From Alphaproteobacteria bacterium (GTDB lineage Bacteria; Pseudomonadota; Alphaproteobacteria; 43-37): a stretch of 32,928 bases of DNA. Both the position numbers and the translations under genes were made by a program. The stretch is taken from positions 1 through 32,928 of the forward strand of contig CANLAL010000003.1 of the NCBI GenBank assembly GCA_947488045.1. Reading direction: 5' to 3'. The notes under the pieces were generated by a model that worked only from the letters and a program-made list of their open reading frames with translations, was not told where the DNA came from and ran no database searches. How positions within the stretch are numbered: the stretch's first letter is position 1; each line of letters begins with the position of its first letter. Shown in pieces: positions 26,377 through 32,928 of the stretch.

Positions 26377-27012
26377 TTATACCATTTTATCCACATGCAA
26401 TAAGGCTCTGATGGGGGCATAGCTTTTGCGGTGGTGTGGAGAAATGCCTACACGTTTTAACCCTGCTTGATGATTGGTCGTGCCGTATCCCACGTTGGTG
26501 TCCCACCCATAGTGGGGAAAGTCTTTGTGGAGTTGATACATGAGTTGATCTCGTGTCACTTTTGCAATAATGGCGGCACAGGCAATGGAGAAACTTAAGG
26601 TATCTCCTTTTACGATGGGAACAACTTTAGCTTGAGGATGGGCAAGAGGAAGAGTACCATCCACCAAAAGGGTTCTCACTTCTTGAAAAGCGACATGATC
26701 ATAGGCCCGCTCCATTGCTACACACGTAGCTCGGCGAACATTAAGTGCGTCAATCTCCTCCACGTGAGCCATGCCAATGTTAAAAGTAACATTCGGATGA
26801 GTGGTTAAGGCCTCAAAGAGAGTTTCCCGCTTTTTGGGAGTAAGCTTTTTGGAGTCTTGAACTTTTCCCTCTAAGCTCTGCAGATTATAGAAATCTGTTA
26901 TCAGTACTGCGCACACCACCACGGGGCCCGCCCATGGGCCATAACCCACCTCATCTAATCCAAGACAAGGACCTGCAAACTGGCCATCAAAGGCAAGGGT
27001 AGGATGGGTCAT
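26377..27012 (-). CDS. rnhB: Ribonuclease HII
   Basis: GLDEVGYGPWAGPV, DSKKL, LLVDG, KGD...SIACAAIIAKVTRD, GYGT and HRKSY. Confidence 0.95.
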   Translation of the reverse strand: MTHPTLAFDGQFAGPCLGLDEVGYGPWAGPVVVCAVLITDFYNLQSLEGKVQDSKKLTPKKRETLFEALTTHPNVTFNIGMAHVEEIDALNVRRATCVAMERAYDHVAFQEVRTLLVDGTLPLAHPQAKVVPIVKGDTLSFSIACAAIIAKVTRDQLMYQLHKDFPHYGWDTNVGYGTTNHQAGLKRVGISPHHRKSYAPIRALLHVDKMV

Positions 27013-28301
27013 GATTTAGGCTTGCGCTTGAACAGATGAACTATCCCCAAACTGCATCGTTTGAGCCACTTCCACAAGGCACACATCCGTTCCCACTCTT
27101 TACCATAAAGCGTATCAATCAATTGTTGTAGGCCTGTAAAAGGCTCTGGCGCTTTGGCGTGGAGACGGCGGGCCGCTTCTACCCAAAAAGGGCTAAGGAA
27201 AAGAGATAGGACAGTCAAGGCGATGATCAGCTTCTGACCGTCCTCATCTATGATGTGGCTTTCCAAACCCACAGTGGCAAGTACGAAGGAGAACTCTCCG
27301 ATCTGTGAAAGGATCAATCCCGCTAAAACGGCCCGTGGCCAAGGCTGTTGTAGAAAGCGCATGATCAGAGTGTTCAAAGAGGTTTTTCCGATCGTTAAGA
27401 GGATCAAAAATCCCAAGATCATGAGCAGGTGATCCCATACATATTTCAAGTCCAAAAGCAAACCAACAGATAAGAAGAAAACCATGAGGAGTATACTTTG
27501 GATGGGGTCAATAACATGGAGCATGTCCTTACGATCTCGAGAGTTACCGATAATGAGCCCCGCCAAAAACGCACCATAAGCTGCTGACAGTCCTAATAAG
27601 CCTGCAATACTTGCACATCCAAAGCACCATACCAGGCTGGCCAATGGCAGAAGACTGCTGTCTCCTGAAGTGAGAAATGTAGTAATTGGCAAATGGACAC
27701 GCTTTGCTTTTCCAAATGTGTAAAGGAGCATGCCTAATATGCCCACACAACCAATCATTTTAGACCAAAAAGCCACAATTGAAACATCACTCGCTACGCT
27801 GCGAAGTAGGATGATGATGGGAATAAGTGCTAAGTCTTGACCGATAAGAATGCTCAGGATGATTTTTCCAGAAGTGGTTCTCAGTTCACCAATACTTTCT
27901 AACATTTTTACAGCTACGGCCGTACTGCTAAGCGCAAAGATGCAGGCAAACATTAGTGTTGGGGCAAGGGGCAGGTTAAAAAGATTGTGACATAAATAAA
28001 AGACCCCACAACTTAAACCCAGCTGGAGTACTACTGCAGATACCGCGAGAAGCCAAATCCGCTTGAAAACCCTTAAATTAAGCTCCATTCCAATGGAAAA
28101 AAGGAGCATGAGTACCCCTAATTCTGCCAGATTGGAGACGGAAGCGCGGTCAGTCACCAGCCCAAAGCAGGAAGGGCCCAAAATGATGCCTGCTAAAATA
28201 TATCCAATAATGGGGGGTTGCTTTACACGTAAAAGCGCCAGGCCCCCCACAAGGGCAAAGGCAACTACCAGAACAACTTCTGTAAGATTATGAGCGTGCA
28301 T
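27009..28301 (-). CDS. Cation:proton antiporter, CPA2 (KefC-like membrane domain, no KTN domain)
   Basis: GYILAGIILGP, LAELGV..LLF.IGMEL, SSTAV, QDLA, GAFLAG and QIGEFSFV. Confidence 0.9.
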   Translation of the reverse strand: MHAHNLTEVVLVVAFALVGGLALLRVKQPPIIGYILAGIILGPSCFGLVTDRASVSNLAELGVLMLLFSIGMELNLRVFKRIWLLAVSAVVLQLGLSCGVFYLCHNLFNLPLAPTLMFACIFALSSTAVAVKMLESIGELRTTSGKIILSILIGQDLALIPIIILLRSVASDVSIVAFWSKMIGCVGILGMLLYTFGKAKRVHLPITTFLTSGDSSLLPLASLVWCFGCASIAGLLGLSAAYGAFLAGLIIGNSRDRKDMLHVIDPIQSILLMVFFLSVGLLLDLKYVWDHLLMILGFLILLTIGKTSLNTLIMRFLQQPWPRAVLAGLILSQIGEFSFVLATVGLESHIIDEDGQKLIIALTVLSLFLSPFWVEAARRLHAKAPEPFTGLQQLIDTLYGKEWERMCALWKWLKRCSLGIVHLFKRKPKS

Positions 28302-29214
28302 ATGATTGCGCCTCCATCGAGCGAAGTTTGTCCTGAATCATCTGCATGTCACGCCAGGCTTCTTTTTTTTGCCCTGGTGAGCGAAGCAGATAAGCTGGAT
28401 GAAATAAAGCAGTCGTTGCAACAGGGGTTTGAAGCCCGGAGGTCATATAATCATGCCATGTGCCCCGCATGCGCATAATCCCATCACTCCGACTCAAAAG
28501 GGTTTTGGCTGCTACACCGCCCACTAAGATCAGAATCTTCGGTGCCACAAGCTCAATATGTCGTTGTACAAAAGGCAAGCATTGGAGAAGCTCTTGAGAA
28601 GAGGGCTGTCGGTTTCCGGGAGGGCGCCATGCAATCATATTGGTAATATATGCTGTGCTACGATCAAGACCAATGGCGGCCATCATGCGGTCTAGAAGCT
28701 GACCGCTAAGGCCAACGAAAGGCTTGCCTTGTTTGTCTTCTTCTGCGCCAGGAGCCTCTCCCACAAACATGATGGGAGCTTTTGGATTTCCATCACCAAA
28801 GACAATGTTTGTGGCCATGGCTTTAAGAGGACAGTCTTCAAAACCTTCCATGACGGCTTTGAGCTCAGCCAAGGTGGCAGCCGATGCAGCTAAAGAAGCA
28901 GTGCTTCTTCCCTTGGCCACAGGTGCAGCTGTCAGTTTAGCCACATAAGAGCTATTTGGGCTTTCAACTTGAACCAGCAGGGAAGACTGCGGGGCTTGAA
29001 GATGTTGAGCAGGCCTTTGGCGAGGAGCAGTGACGTAAGTTTCAATCAGCGCCGATCGTGGGTCTACATGGGGCATTCGAGATCTTGGTTTGAGTAGAGC
29101 AAGAGCTTGACCGGGGGCCACGCTCGTTGTGCCCTGTTGAATCAGTTGGGCTACTTGTTGAAACCATTCATACCGTTGTTTATAAGTCACACCAGACACC
29201 TTATCCTTATGCAA
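28288..29214 (-). CDS. Uracil-DNA glycosylase, family 4
   Basis: VGEAPGAEED, PFVG.SG.LLD, WRPPGNR and HPAYLLR; low-complexity N-terminal region. Confidence 0.93.
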   Translation of the reverse strand: MHKDKVSGVTYKQRYEWFQQVAQLIQQGTTSVAPGQALALLKPRSRMPHVDPRSALIETYVTAPRQRPAQHLQAPQSSLLVQVESPNSSYVAKLTAAPVAKGRSTASLAASAATLAELKAVMEGFEDCPLKAMATNIVFGDGNPKAPIMFVGEAPGAEEDKQGKPFVGLSGQLLDRMMAAIGLDRSTAYITNMIAWRPPGNRQPSSQELLQCLPFVQRHIELVAPKILILVGGVAAKTLLSRSDGIMRMRGTWHDYMTSGLQTPVATTALFHPAYLLRSPGQKKEAWRDMQMIQDKLRSMEAQSYARS

Positions 29215-29283
29215 CGCATTCTAATGGAATGAGGGGCTCATTTGAAAGAAATTTCTGAAGATAGTGATATTTGATTTGCCTCG

Positions 29284-29784
29284 TTAACAAGAGGGGAGGT
29301 TTTCCACATTGATGAGTGTACCTTCTGTAATGCTTTGTAAAGCGGTGCTTTCCATCCGAAAAACCGTATTAGGGGTTCCGGCTGCAGCCCAGACAGCTTC
29401 ATAAGAAAGAAGGTCTACATCAATAAATATATGTGGAATGGTTTGCATGTGACCCAAAGGAGGAACGCCTCCAATGGCAAACCCTGTGACTTGGCGTACA
29501 AAGTCTGCATCCGCTTTCTCGATAGGTTGCCCCACATGGTGCGCGATCACCTTTTCATTGACGCGTGTGGGCCCGCTGGCCAGCACCAAAACCGGTTCAT
29601 GCGTGGTGGACGTTTTAAAAATAAGAGATTTCACAATTTGCCCCACTTGGCATTGCAAAGCTTGGCTAGCTTCTACAGCTGTTCGTGTGCTGGCATCCAA
29701 TTGCATAACATGGGCATCCAAAACCCCTTTTTGTTCGAGGGCATTCTGAACAGATTGGGCACTTTTAGGTAGTGGATGCGTCAT
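29284..29784 (-). CDS. YbaK/EbsC (ProX-like) aminoacyl-tRNA deacylase
   Basis: TRTA.EA, QIVKSLIF, TGFAIGGVPPLGH and WAAAGTP. Confidence 0.92.
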   Translation of the reverse strand: MTHPLPKSAQSVQNALEQKGVLDAHVMQLDASTRTAVEASQALQCQVGQIVKSLIFKTSTTHEPVLVLASGPTRVNEKVIAHHVGQPIEKADADFVRQVTGFAIGGVPPLGHMQTIPHIFIDVDLLSYEAVWAAAGTPNTVFRMESTALQSITEGTLINVENLPSC

Positions 29785-29796
29785 GAAGAGTCTCCC

Positions 29797-32448
29797 TTAC
29801 TTGGACTTTGAAATAATGAATTGTTCCATGGCCTTAAATGCATCGGGGATAGCTGAAAGATTGGGCCCACCCCCTTGAGCAAAATCAGACCTTCCCCCTC
29901 CTGTTCCCCCGAGAATCACTGTTCCTGCGCGTAGTAGCTCAACAGCACTGATGTGTGACGTAAGATCATCCGTGACACCCACTAAAAGAGCTATTTTTTC
30001 CCCACCAGTTCCAGATACAATCACAATGCCAGACTTTACATCGCCTTTCAACTTATCCACAAGTGAGCGCAAATGGGAAGTATCCGCATCCACCACCGTA
30101 TGAAAGACGGTTGAAATGCCTGCAACATCCTGAGGCACTATGGTTTTTTGGCCTGCTCCATCGCCAGAAAGGAGTTTTTGCTTGAGGCTTCGGATTTCTG
30201 CCTCAAGTTTTTTCTTTTCCTCAAGCGTTGATTGTATCTTGGAAGATAAATCCGCGGAAGACGCTTTTAAAAGTGCGCACGCACTGTTAATTTTGCCTTC
30301 CAAATCGTCAACCAAGTTATCCACAGCTTCTCCTGCGACTGCTTCAATGCGGCGGACGCCTGAAGAGACACTGGCTTCATTGGTTATCTTAAACATGCCA
30401 ATATCCCCGGTGCGGGTCACGTGTGTGCCTCCGCAAAGCTCCAGAGAGAAGGTATGATCTTGGCCTGTTCCCATGGATACGACCCGCACTTCATCACCAT
30501 ACTTTTCCCCAAACAGAGCCATGGCTCCTTGGGCAACGGCCTCTTCAGGAGAGAGGAGCTGTGTGGTGGTTGGCGTATTGGAGCGGATTTGACCATTGAC
30601 CAAATGTTCTATGGCTTTGAGCTCTTCTTGCAAAAGGGCCTTTGGATGACTGAAATCAAAACGCAGTTTATCTGTACTGACCAGAGATCCTTTTTGCGTC
30701 ACGTGATCGCCTAAAACCTTGCGCAAGGCAGCGTGTAGAAGATGCGTGGCTGAATGATGATGGCGTAGGCCTTGACGATGCGAGCGATCTACCGTCATCT
30801 TTGCGGCTTGGCCCACAGCCAAAGTTCCTTTTTCCACAATGGCTTTGTGAACATGGAGTTTGCCGAGCTTTTTGAGGGTATCCGTGATTGTGGCCATTGC
30901 CCCTTCAGCCGTGGTGAGTGTGCCTTGATCGCCCATTTGCCCACCTGACTCGCCATAAAAGGGGGTTTGGTTGGTCAAGATCAGGATTTCATCCCCTTGT
31001 TTGGCGTGGGAGGTGATGGCTCCATTAAGGACAAGGGCAATGATTTGGCCTTCTGCATGCTCCAGATCATATCCTAGAAATTCTGTAGCGCCCTGCTCTT
31101 GCGCCAAGTCAAACCAGATTTGATCTGTTTTGGTATCCCCGGAGCCTGACCAATGGGCTCGGGACTCATCACGCTGCTTTTTCATGGCTGTTTCAAACCC
31201 CGCCACATCTACGCTGCGGCCTTCACTGCGCAGTGCATCTTGCGTAAGGTCGAGAGGAAAACCGAAAGTATCATAAAGTTTAAAGGCCACATCGCCTGGA
31301 AGGGCTGCGCTTTGCGGCAAGCGAGAGGTTTCGTCTTGGAGCAATTTCAACCCCCGATCGAGCATTCCCCGGAAGCGTTCCTCTTCATGCTGAAGTGTCT
31401 GGGTAATGAGAGCGTTGGCCCGGATTAGCTCGGGGTAGGCCGCGCTCATTTGCTCCGCTAAAGCCGGCACGAGACGATACATAAGTGGATCTTTGGCCCC
31501 CAATATATGGGCATGACGCATGGCCCGGCGCATGATGCGCCTGAGTACATAGCCGCGTCCTTCACCGGCCGGTAGGACGCCATCAGCAATGAGGAAGCTG
31601 GCGGCACGCAGGTGATCGGCAATGACACGATGGGAGGCGAGGGTCGCTGGTGTGGCCTTTTGCCCAATGGCATCCTCACAGGCATGAATTATGGCTTGGA
31701 AGAGGTCTGTCTCATAATTGTTATGGATGCCTTGCATCACAGTGGTAATGCGCTCTAAGCCCATACCTGTGTCAATGGAAGGCCTAGGTAAGCTAATGCG
31801 TGAGCCATCAGCCAGTTGTTCAAACTGCATGAATACCAGGTTCCAGATTTCAATAAATCGATCCCCATCTGCATCCGGGCTTCCGGGAGGGCCGCCCGCA
31901 ATTTTATCCCCATGGTCATAAAAGATTTCGGAACAAGGGCCACACGGGCCCGTATCACCCATGGACCAGAAGTTATCGGACGTGGCGATGGGAATAATGC
32001 GATCATCAGAAAGGCCGGCTATCTTTTTCCAATAACCTGCTGCCTCTTGATCCTCCGCGTAGACGGTCACCAGGAGCTTGTCCTTGGAAAGGCCATATTC
32101 TTTCGTAATACATTCCCAGGCAAACCGAATGGCATCTTCTTTAAAATAGTCTCCAAAGGAAAAATTCCCAAGCATTTCAAAGAAGGTATGGTGGCGGGCC
32201 GTAAAACCTACGTTCTCCAGGTCATTGTGCTTGCCGCCAGCTCGCAAGCACTTTTGACTGGTGGTGGCACGGGTATAGGCACGCTTTTCAAGCCCGGTGA
32301 ACACATCCTTGAATTGAACCATGCCCGCATTGGTGAAAAGCAGCGTAGGGTCATTGTGAGGGACCAAGGGACTAGACGCCACAGGAGTATGACCTTGAGC
32401 GGTGAAATAATCCAAGTAAGCGGAGCGAATCTGTGCCGTTGTTTTCAT
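29797..32448 (-). CDS. alaS: Alanine--tRNA ligase
   Basis: DPTLLFTNAGMVQFK, HHTFFEMLGNFSFGDYFK, DTGMGLER, editing motifs HSATHLLH and ELCGGTH, C-Ala GGG..FAQGGG. Start at 32448 (MKTT) or 32466. Confidence 0.98.
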   Translation of the reverse strand: MKTTAQIRSAYLDYFTAQGHTPVASSPLVPHNDPTLLFTNAGMVQFKDVFTGLEKRAYTRATTSQKCLRAGGKHNDLENVGFTARHHTFFEMLGNFSFGDYFKEDAIRFAWECITKEYGLSKDKLLVTVYAEDQEAAGYWKKIAGLSDDRIIPIATSDNFWSMGDTGPCGPCSEIFYDHGDKIAGGPPGSPDADGDRFIEIWNLVFMQFEQLADGSRISLPRPSIDTGMGLERITTVMQGIHNNYETDLFQAIIHACEDAIGQKATPATLASHRVIADHLRAASFLIADGVLPAGEGRGYVLRRIMRRAMRHAHILGAKDPLMYRLVPALAEQMSAAYPELIRANALITQTLQHEEERFRGMLDRGLKLLQDETSRLPQSAALPGDVAFKLYDTFGFPLDLTQDALRSEGRSVDVAGFETAMKKQRDESRAHWSGSGDTKTDQIWFDLAQEQGATEFLGYDLEHAEGQIIALVLNGAITSHAKQGDEILILTNQTPFYGESGGQMGDQGTLTTAEGAMATITDTLKKLGKLHVHKAIVEKGTLAVGQAAKMTVDRSHRQGLRHHHSATHLLHAALRKVLGDHVTQKGSLVSTDKLRFDFSHPKALLQEELKAIEHLVNGQIRSNTPTTTQLLSPEEAVAQGAMALFGEKYGDEVRVVSMGTGQDHTFSLELCGGTHVTRTGDIGMFKITNEASVSSGVRRIEAVAGEAVDNLVDDLEGKINSACALLKASSADLSSKIQSTLEEKKKLEAEIRSLKQKLLSGDGAGQKTIVPQDVAGISTVFHTVVDADTSHLRSLVDKLKGDVKSGIVIVSGTGGEKIALLVGVTDDLTSHISAVELLRAGTVILGGTGGGRSDFAQGGGPNLSAIPDAFKAMEQFIISKSK

Positions 32449-32479
32449 GTGTCGTGCCTTTGCCATTACGTGCGGTTGG

Positions 32480-32656
32480 AAGAAGGTTAAGATTCATTCA
32501 TAGCGAATCTAGCCCTTTCCCTCAAGTGACTTTCAAGTGGGTTTATTGGGAAGGGGGATTTGTGGCATTTTCTCATTTTGCGCTTTTTGCTCCATTGCCC
32601 AAACTGCATAGCTTTACTTGTATCTATGCTTTTGGGGTGGGTTTTAAGAAGGTTAA
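32480..32656. repeat. 11-bp direct repeat AAGAAGGTTAA (32480-32490, 32646-32656) flanking a hairpin-rich spacer
   Basis: Two exact copies bound almost the whole alaS-SDR intergenic region. Confidence 0.55.
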
Positions 32657-32659
32657 TAC

Positions 32660-32928
32660 TTAGCATATATGATTCTTTATATGTGCAGTATCCCCTACAA
32701 TTGACTGCCCTCCATCAATAATCATATTTTGGCCCGTAATATTTTTTGCTTTGTTAGAAATAAGGAAATCAACCATGTGAGCTATATCTTCTGGCTCAAT
32801 AAATCTCGCAAATGGCATGGGTCTTAATTTTTCACTGAGTTCATTCGCACTTAAATTATTAATGTCATATATCCTTCCTGGACTCACAGCATTTACATTA
32901 ATGTTAAAAGGAGCAAGCTCTATTGCAC
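32660..32928 (-). CDS. SDR family oxidoreductase, C-terminal part (5' end outside window)
   Basis: AIELAPFNINVNAVSPG...PEDIAHMVDFLIS...ITGQNMIIDGG; visibly AT-richer than alaS. Confidence 0.88.
   Translation of the reverse strand, partial: AIELAPFNINVNAVSPGRIYDINNLSANELSEKLRPMPFARFIEPEDIAHMVDFLISNKAKNITGQNMIIDGGQSIVGDTAHIKNHIC

Noticed and set aside
31816-32490. 224-aa + strand ORF antisense to alaS, and similar shadow ORFs over gyrA, nrdAB, lipB and glmM
   Set aside because: They lie opposite highly conserved genes and have no motifs. They are expected from codon bias.
1-32928. tRNA, rRNA, CRISPR array, intact transposase or prophage genes
   Set aside because: No cloverleaf motifs, regularly spaced repeats or transposase/phage ORFs were recognised by eye; a covariance-model search was not possible.

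Overview
A mostly housekeeping 33-kb chromosomal segment from an alphaproteobacterium. The gene set and protein styles (ssb-gyrA-coaD synteny, short NrdA, Methanosarcina-type SerC after glmM, an LsrB/VtlR-like LysR, a Rickettsia-style Bcr MFS) suggest a host-associated Holosporales/Rickettsiales-like lineage; this is inference. Core genes are alaX-like (partial), pld, coaD, gyrA, ssb, lipB, glmM, serC, nrdAB, rnhB, a CPA2 antiporter, a family-4 UDG, ybaK/ebsC, alaS and an SDR (partial). The accessory-looking block at ~6.7-16.1 kb holds a complete six-gene biotin cluster in the B-F-H-C-D-A order of intracellular symbionts. Here bioB is inverted and translationally coupled to a Bcr/CflA MFS transporter. 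Directly abutting the cluster are two tandem paralogous, signal-peptide-bearing GT-A glycosyltransferases (TcdA/B- or GT32-like) that both carry DxN instead of DxD. Two pseudogenes were reconstructed by hand: a NodT/TolC fragment and a secreted GT-like gene with three TAGs and a frameshift. Regulatory signals include tandem NrdR boxes over the nrdA promoter and a perfect CtrA-type box upstream of glmM. No tRNA, rRNA, CRISPR array or intact transposase was seen. All family assignments come from recognised motifs, not database searches.
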